Assembly (NCBI GenBank): GCA_049724395.1
Contig: JAUGWO010000026.1
Location: forward strand, 1-64,000
From: Spongospora subterranea f. sp. subterranea
Lineage: Eukaryota
DNA length: 64,000 bases
Reading direction: 5' to 3'
Both the position numbers and the translations under genes were made by a program. Positions 18,234-30,910 of the stretch are shown here, in pieces. The notes beneath the pieces are model-generated. The model made no database searches. It was not told the origin of the DNA and saw nothing but the letters and a program-made list of their open reading frames with translations. Within the stretch, counting starts at the first letter, position 1; each line of letters begins with the position of its first letter.

Positions 18234-19985
18234 CTACCGATCACTATTGGGAGGCATGTTGACCCGCGACAAATAAGCATTCCAGCCACGTTCCCTGTAC
18301 TTAAGGCAGGCCTGGACTGGGTTCTCGGATAAAGTTATTCCTCGTCCTGAATTGCCAATGGGGTGAGAACGGAAAATCACAAAATATAGGGATGAACGGC
18401 CATACCCACTATTATAACATCGGATCCGTCCTCACCAATCACCTTTTCAGGAGTCTGAAACTGTTGCCCCAGACTATCGACTCCTGTTTGCAATTGAACG
18501 CCAGGGGTGACATGTATCATCCCAGGCATCTTGCTAAGCGCTATGGAAATTCGTCAATGTGGAAAACGCAAAACAGATCACTGAACACCTTTTTGACAGA
18601 CAAATCCACACACAAAATCATCATATGCTTCAGACATTTGCAAGGTGGCATCAGTATATGCTCCATTGGCTAGATTGCCGGCGGAGCTCATCTCAGCCAA
18701 CATGAATATGGCTTGGCAAGCTCCCTGAGCTTGACCAGAGCCTTGCTTGAGTCCCTCGATGATTCCAGGCCCTATTATCAGGTAAATACACCTAACTACC
18801 ACAAAAAGAGGACTCTACCGCTAACTGAGTGTGCATTGGTGAAATCTGCCCATGAAGCGATGTTGTAGATCCCTCCAGTGAACTACGACAATCAGATCTT
18901 CTTTAAATGCATCAAAAGATACCTCACCTGATGCAATACAGTATTTCCTATATCTGCGAACTTTCTGTCTTCCCATATCATGAAGTTGTGTTGTTTGGCC
19001 AACGACCGCAAGTCAGAGCAGAATTGGGGAGTAAAGTCAGTGATGATATCGATATGCGTCTTGATCATACAAATATAGGGCCCAACTTTGTCAGCAATAG
19101 CCAATATATCGGCGCATGATAATAGATCAGCACTAAGGCACAAATTTGTCTGCTTTTGTTCCAGAAGAGACAGAAGTTGCTGTCCTTTAGAATTTTTCGC
19201 AAGATCAGCTCGACTGCCGTATGGGATGGTACTCATCGGATGTGACAACGGTGCCATTTGATCGGTTTGATTAGAGGCGATGAATTCTTTCACTAAGTCG
19301 TAGACGTCTGTGCCAATCCTGCAACGACGGTGCAGGACAGTAATAACATCCGTCATCGTCATCAGCGAGTGCAGCTCGACTGAACGGGATTGTAGATTTT
19401 TCCTCCCACCTTGTTGGCGATCAAGGACAACGCAAACATCCTATTCGAAGAGCTGACATCAAAAGAGGATGAAACAATATGTAATTTTTTACGTACATTA
19501 ACAATCAAACCAGCCGCTCGGAGCGGATCAATAGTCTCACAAACGCTCATGCCACTTGTCACTAGATCCTATTCAACATATCACATAACGTATCTACCCC
19601 ATTGACGACTTCACTTATTCACCTCTATAACTAGGCATTTCTGTCCAGAGTAGATCCGCCCTTCGATTTCTTTTTTAGTTCCATACGCCTTGGCACCTTC
19701 CTTTCGTTTGATGACCATGGGGATATTTTTTGATAAAGATATAGCTGTTGCAATAGGCAATGCGGTATATGGAACTCCACATACACAGTCGTACAGCGTT
19801 GCATTCAACATATCAACCATCGCAGTAGCAGTTAACGATAATAGCTCAGGAAATGATATCAAGACGCGCAGATCAACGTAAAATGGCGATTCGATACCAC
19901 TCTTCAATATAAACGGGCCATCGAACCTGAATACTTCGACGTTATGCAGCTCAAGAATCAATTGTTCGGCGTAAACATTGACCAT
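18234..19985 (-). CDS. UMPS: Bifunctional UMP synthase (OPRT followed by OMP decarboxylase), multi-exon
   Basis: FILKSGIESPFYVDLR, GVPYTALP, IE|DLVTSG, TNLCLSAD, IKTHID, WEDRKFADIGNTV, LAEMSSAG, GWNAYL. Confidence 0.95.
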
Positions 19986-20463
19986 TTGTACAGCTTGAGA
20001 GAATAAGCTAAAACATTCACGGACTCTGGGTAAACAGTTTTCCGATAAATTGATGAGTCGGAAGGCGGATATTTCACAGACACAGTGAGGTTGTTCGCAG
20101 TATGAGGAGTGCAACTGGTTACTAACTCTTATTAGCATACATTCACACACCACAACACAATCTGTGTACTCTTTCGAACAGCGTTAGGCAGTCAAGTCAA
20201 GGTTTGATAAAACGCATCACACTCTGCTTTCGGTTCTTGATATGACTCTGGCTGCAACATGACCATGCGCTTCCTTTGGTGCAGATACAGACAGTTTTAT
20301 ACACATGTCTACTGAACATCAAGGTCAATCGACTGCTGTTAGGTCATAAGCATGTGATTACCTGTTGGAGGATTTCACTACCGCACGTAATGGGGTCATG
20401 GGTTCATTGGCTGCTCACTCATAGAATATGCTTTCTACTCAATCATCTCTGCAAAATTGTGCT

Positions 20464-21640
20464 TTATTCTTCTATTGATGCTCGCAGGGCAGGCTGTTTG
20501 GAAAGTCGCGTCTTGGGACGATGAGTAACATTGGTGTCTTCACGGATTTGGACATTGATGAACGCCGGATCGAAGAAAGAAAACCACGGCGGCATACCCA
20601 TAGTAGTGCTAGTGGCTGATACCTGCACAGGGAACGCATCCTGCGATCCAATATGGGTTTGGCATCTCTCCAGATCAGTTACAACAAACACAATGCCAAG
20701 AAATCGCTCCCCTCCGTTATCAGGGGGCTTCGAGACTGAGTCAGTGCTGATTTGTCGATCTGCGTTAGTGGATATGAGTGATACTATAGAAAAATTGATT
20801 ATGACATGGTATATTACCCATGATATGGCGAAGACATAAACATGCATGTGTACTCCGGCTTGCGTTGCCAAGCCAGACCATAGTCATCATGTCCTCGGTG
20901 AATGATTCGGTATCTCGAACAGTAAACATTGATCCTGTATCAACTGGAACAGTGGACTTGAGAGGACTTTTAGACAGTTCGTCCTCTTTTCCGATTGATA
21001 TCTGTCTGGAATGACGTTGGGCTTGTGGTCGCCCGATTTCCACCGCCAACGGGCCAAATACCTATTGATGACAAATAAATTGTTGTGCTCTTTGGTCATC
21101 TCCGGTTACAAGTCTTACTTGCTGGTAGAACGCAATGGTTTTTGAAAGAGTGACAAACTCTTTAACAGGAACGGATACATATCCCACGCGCGCCTCAAAT
21201 GCCACTTCAACTAGACAATGGACACTTTCAACTAACCGTACCCGCATTCCATTTGGGTCCAGAAGGACACATGCACGAGTCTCGTCATTAATTTTCATTG
21301 GTTCCACAAATATAACGAATCCGTGATTTCGTACTCTTTGAATTATTTTGTCAAGACTTAGCACATAAATTAACAGATCAGTAGAAGTGACAGGTCGCTT
21401 GAAGATTGTTGGTCCTTCATTAGAGTTCTTAGGAGCGCTGCGTTCCATTCCGGTTTTCTTTTGCGGCTGTGAATGTTCAAATCTTAACGAAACATCGTTT
21501 CGCTGATATCGAAACAACAAGTAGACTCTGGAAGCTAACTCAACTTTCTTGTGTAAAACCATGAGTAAACAATTGGTGTAAAAACTTATTGTTTCCTCAA
21601 GGTTAACACAAGCGAAGCGAAACTCCTTCAACTCAATCAT
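20464..21640 (-). CDS. Two-domain VOC/glyoxalase-like protein
   Basis: RFACVNLEETISFYTNCLLM, IYVLSLD...GF, LLDPNGMRVRLVE; second repeat VGYVSVPV...TIAFYQ and FVVTDLE...FFDPAFINVQIRE; one intron near 21063-21119. Confidence 0.65.
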
Positions 21641-23336
21641 TGTTAGTAACTCCACCAGATGGTAAGATCAGTAAACGGTACCATATTGAAAACCTACTGC
21701 AGTACGGAAACATAACTGCCAAGATGGGTTCTGACAACAAATCGGTATCGCTTGCCAAAGAAGTGAGTAATTTTACCTGAATTGTCGAAACGTCAATCCC
21801 ACCATCATTGATACGATTTACTTATTTTTTAACCGAATATTTTCAATAAATGGGTTTCGAAAGGGAGTACGACTGATTCTGGAATGAATTGCGGGTGGGA
21901 AGGTGTGAAAACGTGTATTGGTGGTTGAACGTAAGATTTTAAGGAGACTGCCTGTCGGTGGAGGAGAAACAAACATTGACTTTAGCTTTTCGTGTAAATG
22001 TTTGTTGCCAATGTTTGCGGATTTTGCTATTTATTTGGGGGGGGGGGCTGCTTTTCGTCTCCAGTCATCAATTCGGTTGACGCCAGCATTTGAGTCTGCG
22101 GTCAAGGCCCTCGAAGCCACTCGGCAACATCTCGTGGCCTCAAGGATAGTAACTGATAGATAAACCTATCTCCTGCAGCACTGAGGCAGGTGGAACAATC
22201 GATAAAACTTCGTAAATGCAGCAACAATGTCAGCATTATACGCTGAATGCTCGACGTCGTTTAGGAGGAACCCACTGCTCAAAGGTTCCAGCTTTTTTAC
22301 CATATGCCTAGTTGTAATATCTTCCGCTGTTGTCGAAGCATTTGAAAATGAACCCGAGCTGCGTTGTTATCTAAGCCCGCTTTTTGCGATAAAAATAAAA
22401 CATCTGCCCTGAAAAATGGTCTCGGTTTTGATAGCATGTCCAATAATAAATATCATCATATCTGTGCCGTCGCAATGCGACACTGATGCAAATATCTAGC
22501 TTGCCAAAATGCGATGGCCCGATAGGCCAGACGCAACAAGCATGCCCAGTTTCCTCCATCAAGAAAATTATATGATTTGATGGCTGAACTGTCTGGGTAG
22601 GGAAAGCATTCACCAACACAGCGATGAACGATGATCTTAAGACCATGTTCATGTCGTTGCAGAAAGTTTTTAAATCAAGCTGGGACGTTGGTTCTCGAGA
22701 GCTTCAACAAATCTGCAAACTGTTGAACACTTTTTGTGCCAGGTCAAGATCACTCGGCTTCTAAACGCTGAAGACCCCTAGTTCAAGTGACCACAACCCG
22801 TTGACTCGTGAGGTCCGAATTCTGTCGTCCAAGTTGCCAGGAATGCATCGTTTGCTACTGGCAATGCCAGATGTTGTCGACTGCCTCGGAGCTTCGCTTA
22901 ATGTTTTAGTTTCTCCTTTGCCATTCCGTTCTGCTTGCACTACTGATAAACAATCTGAACTTGTTTATTGTACAAGTTGCCACCAGCGGAGGAACCGCTT
23001 CAGTTTCGCCAAGACTTTGGAAGCTGTGGATTTTGTCCACCTGAAAATCATTTTGCCACCGATCAACAAGATTTGATTGAGTCATGTTAGGGAAAGAATT
23101 ATGATGTCATACAACGTTATTTTGAATTTATATTACGACGCCCAGTGACCGTATCTTTCATCGCCCTTTCTAAACCAGTAAGATCCATGTTTCAATGGCC
23201 GAGCGGACCCATCTGCGATCGAGAAGATCGAGATCACGGAGTACAGTACCGTGGATTTCACTGACTGGGATTTCTTGTATTTCTGTACACACTGTACAGT
23301 GACGACTGTACGTACTGCTGTACATCATCTGTTCCA

Positions 23337-23434
23337 CCAATCAGATTGCTTGTCGCTCCAATTCCATAATCTCTTATCTACAGTTGTCTATTTCAACCGG
23401 TTTTGGCGCCTATCGGAACCAATTACATTCCAAT
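23337..23434 (+). promoter_or_regulatory. Four CCAAT boxes upstream of histone H2A
   Basis: CCAAT at 23337, 23358, 23419 and 23430, 70-170 nt before the H2A ATG; CCAAT clusters are typical of histone promoters. Confidence 0.55.
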
Positions 23435-23503
23435 GAATTTTTTTTCAAGGTTCAACTCATTCTGCAATTTGGTGATTTCTTTCAAGTTTAAAGCTTTTGA
23501 ATA

Positions 23504-23944
23504 ATGTCGGGAAAGGGTAAAGGTGGTCGTGGCAAAGCTAAAGGTGGAAAATCGCAAACCCGATCGTCTCGTGCGGGGCTTCAATTTCCAGTGGGCCGTA
23601 TCAATAGGTTCTTACGTGATGGAAGATATGCTGCTCGAGTTGGAGGAGGAGCTCCCGTCTATCTAGCTGCTGTTCTGGAGTATCTTGCAGCAGAAATTCT
23701 CGAATTGGCCGGCAACGCTGCGCGTGACAACAAGAAAACCCGTATAATTCCTCGCCATGTCCAGTTGGCCATTCGCAACGATGAGGAACTCAACAAGCTC
23801 CTCAATAATGTCACCATCGCTCAGGGTGGTGTCTTACCGAATATTCACTCCGTTTTGTTGCCCAAGAAGAAGGCCGGTGTGATCCCTGAGAAGAAGGCCG
23901 AAACATCCAGCACCAAGAAAGAAAAGAGCTCCAAGACTGTATGA
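23504..23944 (+). CDS. H2A: Histone H2A (intronless, lysine-rich extended C-tail, no SQE/DY motif)
   Basis: [52 protein letters not shown]. Confidence 0.98.
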   Translation: MSGKGKGGRGKAKGGKSQTRSSRAGLQFPVGRINRFLRDGRYAARVGGGAPVYLAAVLEYLAAEILELAGNAARDNKKTRIIPRHVQLAIRNDEELNKLLNNVTIAQGGVLPNIHSVLLPKKKAGVIPEKKAETSSTKKEKSSKTV

Positions 23945-24002
23945 TTTGACCAAATCAATCCTCATATTATTATTGAATATACTGTAGTTATTAATATTTA
24001 TG

Positions 24003-25738
24003 CTAACTGAACGTATCTGGTATATTTCCAATTGGTTGATACGTTCTCTGGTCACCCTTGGATGTTTCCCCGTTTCGAGAGATATGTACCAACTCTTGAA
24101 GCAAGGCGATGACGGTAATCATCTGAAACATGGGGAAATCCATGTACAGAACGACGCTCTATTTTAGCACGTCATGTATTTATCTGGGAATTGACAACAC
24201 CAAAATGAGGTCTTGACACAGCTGATGCTGACACAAACTGGACACATAACGTTGCCATCGGTTCCAATCAACACCAGCCAAAAAAGGATAATCATCTGAG
24301 TGGCGACTAGCAATGCGCCGATCCCGCCTATAACTATCGATTGGTCGCTGTATAGGTTACGCTCGTTTCCAGAGCGTTTAGGTATTATTAATAGGCTGCA
24401 GCCTGAAAATAACCCAGCAAAGAATCCTCCAACATGGCTGAAGTTGTCAATGTAGGGAATTAGCCCAATTACTGATAAAAGTAGTTAGAATCAAGTTATT
24501 GTGATGAAGCAGAAACGTACCGAATCCCAATACTATGTTGAATATAAGTAAAGGAAAATATAGAGGATTAGACGGCATCGTATCGTGATTATGAATATAA
24601 TCTGCAACCATACTCCCTGCAATACCTGATCAATCAACAGAGCGTAAACGGCAAAAGCATTGTAGGTAATTTTCTGGATCCAGACCGTAAATAGCGCCAG
24701 ATGCCCCAACCGATAAAATATTGGGTAAGAACAGACAACTTGCTAGAGTCCCCGAAATCAAAGATGTCAAATATATAATCATCATCATAATACTACCGAA
24801 TGTTTCCTGTCATCATATATCAAGGTTGCAACGATCATATTAGCTGAGCGTCGAGTTGAAGTTAATGAATTAAAGGTTACTCTGACTGACCTCCATTGAA
24901 CCTCCTATTCTATGTAGCACTACCATATTGACGAGAAGATGCCCGACGCTGCTATGAAGGAATCCAGTGGTAATGATTCGCCACCATTGACCCCTCATTA
25001 TTTTGGGAACATCTTTAGCCCCCATCCTAATCCATTAAGTCACCTAATTATCAGATCCGATGACGAGGTCCATTCCTACAAATCAAGGACACTCGCGGCT
25101 GGGCCTATCAAAGGATTCTGAGCCAGTGGTTCAAACTTGAAATTGGCCACGATCATTGTCAATACAAAAGCGATTATGTTGAGGACGATGACAGTGTATG
25201 TGAAATATGGCTTATGATCAGGCATATGAGTATGATCAATGCGCTCATCACCATATTTAGCGGCGTCATCGTCACTACCACTTGTGAATAAAACCTGCTC
25301 ACTGTGATGGCGTGATTGCGCTCTCTGAGCAATCGTTGCCTTTGGGGTAATACGTGTCCTGATTGACGATGATGATAGAGCAGACTCCGATGATGGGCCA
25401 GCCATTGGGAACAGCCCTAGCTTCAATGGTGGCCTCCAATCGTGATTATTAGTTTGCTCTTGTATTCCCATCGCCAATTCGTGTTGGGCATCGTCCTCAA
25501 GTGCTGTACTGTTGGATACATGACGAATATCCCAATCAGCAACCGATAAAATAAGAGGATCACGACTAGGTCCTGACGATTCTTCCATATATTCGTCACC
25601 GTCAACGTGGTCTATCATAGAACCTGGACGGCCGGATACTGGATCATTTCTCAGATTGTCTGACTTACCTACAGACCGACGGCGACGATGATCGTGCCGT
25701 TTCGGCTGATAGGAAGGGCGCCGGCCCTTATATTCCAT
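24003..25738 (-). CDS. Rhomboid intramembrane serine protease with a long cytosolic N-terminus; multi-exon
   Basis: KPYFTY, EPLAQNPLIGP, GQWWRIITTGFLH, catalytic SVGASGAIYGL (one C missing at 24723-24725), IDNFSHVGGFFAG. Confidence 0.9.
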
Positions 25739-25832
25739 CAATGGCCAATCAACATTAATAGATATATCGAGAACGATCGAATATTTTCTGAATGTGTACA
25801 TGTGTTTCATTTTTATTATTATCAAAAATTAT

Positions 25833-26166
25833 TTATAATGATCCATCACAAAATTTCTCTTCGAAGGAAACGTTCATTTTACGTTTGTTGACTGTTGGAA
25901 CGCGTTCGTATAGAATAGTATCACTCATTCCAATTACATATTTGCATTCTACTAGGGCCCCTATTGACTCGTTCCCAGTAAGGCCTAATACTTTTACTTT
26001 TGTCTGTCTCCGACACCATCTCCTTTGCGTGTTGTTTTTCATCCGCGAAGTCCGGAACTTTGGTAAAACGACCGGAGAATGCTCTGGGTTTGTTTCCGAA
26101 TAGTATTCCTAGTGATTGATACGGGGTGTTAGATACTGATTCTGAGAGTGGGGTGTGGATCTGCAT
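25833..26166 (-). CDS. Possible small hypothetical gene or upstream exon(s) of the rhomboid
   Basis: ATG at 26166 opens 81 codons, with an overlapping frame continuing to 25833; no recognisable motif. Confidence 0.2.
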
Positions 26167-26358
26167 TCACCCACAGCTCCTTTTTACATTCAAAACGATC
26201 AACAGCGTGGTGTTCTAAACATAAAGTAGAGACGTTAATAACGAAGTAGTGTCAGGAAGGCAGGCAAAAGATATCTCACGTTGACGAAAGTGAACTCAGC
26301 AGTTATCTCACCGCAGCGCAATCAATCGTGCGCATCAAAGGAACGCTTGCCAAGTAAA

Positions 26359-27072
26359 ATGGCGAATATGGTATCGGATATGGCTAGTCAGATGGATATT
26401 CTGTCATCAAGTGCATGGTTTAAGATGATGCCACCTTCCTCATCGTCTGCATCATCATCATCCTCATCATTATCCTCAGGATGGTGGATCAAGTGGTCCA
26501 TAACTCCTGATCACTGTATCTTATGCCTAACCGATCTGTGTCGTCTATATGTATCATCAACCCCGACGGTTGACAACGCTACCCAGTCTAATCCATCACT
26601 TGATTATGGTCATGCTGATGTGCTATGTCGTATCGTTGTCAATTCTCTACTGTATCATACACAGCAGAACAGAACTTCAACACTACACTCTAATCCAGCA
26701 CATTTCGAAATCAATCTCGACAAACTACAGCAGCGCCTCTCCTTTTCTATCACCAGCCCCTTAGGCTCAGGTCTGTCGTTTTCTTGGACACAGACCTTGG
26801 ATTACTGCCAGGATTCTGCCCTGTACATCCGGGATCAGTTCATCGTGCCGTCGCTTGATTCTAGAGTGTGGGTCTCAGGAATTGCTCAACTGGAGCCAGT
26901 TAATATTCGATCCCCAAGTCCTCAAATGGACTGTGGAAACGTCACCGATGTTGAATCAGACCAAGAGGTAGTGCCACATGAAATCGAAAGAGACACAAGG
27001 CTGGCTCGACGGGAGGAATGGCAAAGGAAAAAAGAAGCTGCTCGAAAACGAAAACTTGTCTCTCTTCAGTGA
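26359..27072 (+). CDS. Probable XLF/Cernunnos (NHEJ1/Nej1)-like NHEJ factor; intronless
   Basis: Head-domain pattern W...K...LTDL...NPSL...LSFSW...DQFIVP and a basic C-terminus (KKEAARKRKL); (TCA)n poly-Ser insert at about 26436-26478. Confidence 0.55.
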   Translation: MANMVSDMASQMDILSSSAWFKMMPPSSSSASSSSSSLSSGWWIKWSITPDHCILCLTDLCRLYVSSTPTVDNATQSNPSLDYGHADVLCRIVVNSLLYHTQQNRTSTLHSNPAHFEINLDKLQQRLSFSITSPLGSGLSFSWTQTLDYCQDSALYIRDQFIVPSLDSRVWVSGIAQLEPVNIRSPSPQMDCGNVTDVESDQEVVPHEIERDTRLARREEWQRKKEAARKRKLVSLQ

Positions 27073-27128
27073 TCGCTAATGCTTTGTTTTAACATAGCTT
27101 TCATTTTATTACCAATGATTATAGTCGA

Positions 27129-29345
27129 TCAATGATAGAGAGTTAGACGTCGCCTGCTTAAAGACGCAATCTGGGGAACTTCACAACTATCGAGATCGGA
27201 TAATATATTCGTACTTCTTTGCAGATATGCCATAATGTCTAGGATATCTTTGCCGATGAAGCGATCTCTGGATTCTTTGATAAGAGAAGTCGGATCATTA
27301 ATCATTGATATTCCAGCCTCATACATGTCGGACGCTTGCTTAATGAGATCTATATCAGTGCACTGACCAGATGTATCCAGATGTGGTCCTCGGCCGCACT
27401 CCAAGGGAAAAACCAAAATATCAGGAGAAGAGGTGCTGTGATGATGTTTACCATGGCAAATGTAGTTCCGTATTTTGGTGACTGCGGCCGATGCTGCAGC
27501 TAATGCCGAAGCCGCCACGGTTCCAGGTACATGATATAAGTTTCGATGGTGATTGTTGTGTTGCCCCCAAGCAATTGTGTTCAATAAGAACTCCTTCAAT
27601 ACGTCACTGAAGAGTACAACCTGCACCCATGGGCCTGATCGAAGATCAACAGGGAATGCTGACGATTCCATCCCCATCCGTATCTTCATGCATAAGCTGG
27701 TCAAGAACGTCTGTGCAATACAGAGTGAAGTTCTGTCCAGGGCGCCACAGACCTGAAACGCGATTAAAATCTGACGGATCATCGATATGAAGTCGCTTTC
27801 ATGAATGAGGGCGTCGTATGCAGGGAGAAGGAGCATATTCAAGCTCAGTGCAATAATCTGATCTGATGTTTGCCTATTATTTTGGATCTCTTCTGCTTCT
27901 GGATCATATCTTTCCGACACAATTCCGGCATATATTAAGTACTGCCATCCTTTTACCGATATCAATGTGCGGCAATTGAATGCGTTTCCGATCAACAGAA
28001 AATTGAGCGTATGCAGTAACTGAGCTCGATCAGCTGGCTTAGATGATGGCAATATATACAGAAGATGAACCCAGATGTGTTTGTTTCTGACTCGACCATC
28101 AGCACGTCGCTGGTGATCAATACGGCCTAATAGAATATCTACACCAACCAGGCAATCAACGATAGGCGATTATTTTAGATGCTGGAATATTATACCTAAT
28201 AAAGCATCAGATATTGCTTTGGTGCTGTGACATTGCCTGGCCTGGATGGCGATATAAGCTAGGAAACGCGACAGTCCATCACGACACAACGAACACGGAT
28301 CCCATCGCTGACAAGCAATGGGATTAGAGCATGAACAGGTATACCATAAGAGGATAACTGCATCATAGGTGATCTGAACAGAGTGCTCAGAACCAGTGAT
28401 GCACGATGATATCGCCTTTTCAACATCATATGGCCGACTCGAATACAACTGTAATATCGGTTGGACTCGCTCGCGATATTGCCGATCATGCTGTATTTGC
28501 TTATGATATATACATAATTTACTGGATGATGTCGACGACGATGGGCATTGAGGGATCACACAAACAGATTTACAGGTGTCACCGCCTTGCTGAAAGGTGA
28601 AGTCAACAGCAGATGGGAATCGTGATTTCAAATAAGCCAGAATGAGACGATCTGACATTGAGCCCGATAATTGTAAATCCTGAGCTATATCCTGTAAGGA
28701 TATGCTTCGAGGCCGAACAGATGACAGGACCGATATCCAGCTCTGGACCTGATCTTCATCTCGTGACGACAGCCTCGTCACCCCTTGCTTATCGCTATAC
28801 CTATGAAGAAATTCTATCTCGATTCCATTCCCTCGTAGTTCAACGGATTTGATCTTATCGATGATGATCACTTTCTGTGGTATCTGATTATCTCTCCAAG
28901 CCTGGTTAGAACTGTAGAAGCTCATCGCCATATCATCCAATACGGCAAACACCACAGGAGACGCCCGCTGGAAAATCGTTCGCTGCTTTGAGGTCAAATG
29001 CCTTCTCAAAGTACCGCACATGATCATATTGCGACGCTGAGTAAATTGTGACGATTTGGAGATATGATCTAACAATTGGTGATTGAGTAGGACCATATAC
29101 TCTGGCCAGATCAGATGATCGTCAACAACAACCGGGCGTCTGGGAGGGTTTTTGGTATCAGAGGAGATATTCTATTGAAAAATGTGTGATCTGCAAGGAC
29201 GACGATTAATTGGGTATTTAGGGCAAATTAAAAACGAAAGTAATGAGTCAATAGAGTCATATGTGCCGTTTTGTCAGCTTTAGACGCAACTTCTGCAACT
29301 CAGCACCTACCTTTGTTTGGCAATAATACTTCCGAACGATATCCC
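27129..29345 (-). CDS. PH-domain protein with a helical C-terminal region; 5' exons uncertain
   Basis: MCGTLRR...FAVLDDMAMSFYSS...IIIDKIKSV...LSSRDEDQVQSWISVL (PH signature Trp). A 57-nt intron at 28139-28195 joins the two large ORFs. Confidence 0.65.
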
Positions 29346-29705
29346 CTATTCAGTGGCTTGCTTCAGATTAACATGAAAAAAATCACAAACGGACAATGAT
29401 GCAGGGGAGACAATCTTGTGCTTGTTAGAGTTTATTATGATCTGCCTGATAAACCTGTGAATGATTGATATATTTGGAGAGTTTCTGCACATTAATCGGT
29501 GACAGCAGCGACAAACTATACACATGGGCGACAGCTGCGACGAGCTACCTTTCAGGCTGATAGTCAGGCAGGGTACTATAATTAACATATTTGAACGATC
29601 AATGAGTCAAGTGGTGTTCTCCGCCCATCAGGGTCCGTTGGTTGATGTGAGTCAAGCAAGCTATGCAAGGGACTGTCATTGTTTAATTTATCTCCAAATA
29701 ATTTA

Positions 29706-30785
29706 ATGTCGGCAAGAGTTTCCAGTTCTTCTCGTGCCCATATTTACGTTCGGTCGAATGATGGCCGATGCGTTAATATGATTGTGCCATCGTTAAACTC
29801 AATAGGCGTCATTCGATCTCGTATTGCTCACGAGCTGGGATTTCCTCGTTCATCTGCACCAACAATGGCAATCAAGTTAACCAGTTCCAATGGTCGCTCT
29901 CTGAACTATAATGACGGGACCACATTCCAAGACATAATGTCGTCATCGAATGGATCTGATCGCCGTATTGATATGGTCATCGAAAATGGAAACATGCTTA
30001 GTCCCAAGCTTGCCTTCGATATATGTCAGATCCTGAAGCATTGGCTCTCACCTGCAATGTGTAGCCTTCCAGCTTACAAAAGAGGATTGCGATCATTACA
30101 GGAGATGTCTTCTCAGATTGTCAGCAATGCATCTTCACGATATGAACTGGATAGAGACGTGATCAGCAGAGTGTTCGGGCGGATCACGCGCGGATTGGAG
30201 CTATTGAAGAAGATGGGATTCATAATTACTAATGATGCAATCTATCTTCAACCAGGCGCTGATATTCGATTGTTCCAAGTGGTCATGGATCATTTCCAGG
30301 CAAGATCACAGCCATCAGTCGCAACAACACCTGCATACCGGCTTCGCATGCGAGCGATGAGGCGGAATGTGGCTGAAAGGAGAAGGCATGAACAACTACG
30401 GGATATGTTTGAGCTGAGTTATGAGTACCTAACACAATTAGAGAATATTAGGGTTGGATTAGATGCAACTCTATTACGATCAATGCCCACCCAAGTAATT
30501 GATGAGGCAACCCTAACGAGTATGATCAGTAATGGCCATGATCATTGCACTATCTGTATGGAGCAGTTCGCCATTGCTGATAGCGCCATGCGCCTTCCGT
30601 GTTTCCATGTGTTTCATGTGAGTTCCTTGATGAGAGTTGTCATGTTGTAAAAAGCGACCTGACCTGGATTGTGTTTGTGTTAGGCTGCATGTGCTCAAAC
30701 ATGGCTAGGAGGGTCTAGGAGATGCCCAACTGACATGATTGAGATCAGTGCTGATTCTAAAGATGTGTCTTTCACAGACCTGTAA
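29706..30785 (+). CDS. RING-H2 E3 ligase with ubiquitin-like and PUB-like domains
   Basis: UBL-like HIYVRSNDGR...IGVIRSRIAHELGFP...NGRSL; PUB-like VFGRITRGLELLKKMGF; CTICMEQF...LPCFHVFH|AACAQTWL...CPTD after the intron at about 30618-30683. Confidence 0.8.
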
Positions 30786-30910
30786 TCATATATAATATTC
30801 AAACCACCACACAATATATAAACTCTATATGTTGGCCAAGTCACATTCAATTTTACCATACGAAGCAATTTCAACCGTATCGACATATTGCCCTCAAAGG
30901 TCGATTCAGT

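Noticed and set aside
26436..26478. (TCA)n microsatellite as an independent element
   Set aside because: It is an in-frame poly-Ser tract in a loop of the XLF-like CDS.
28170..28172. In-frame TAA (AAA-TAA context) between two same-frame ORFs, suggesting readthrough or codon reassignment
   Set aside because: It lies inside a canonical 57-nt GT-AG intron (28139-28195), and other genes use TAA as a normal stop.
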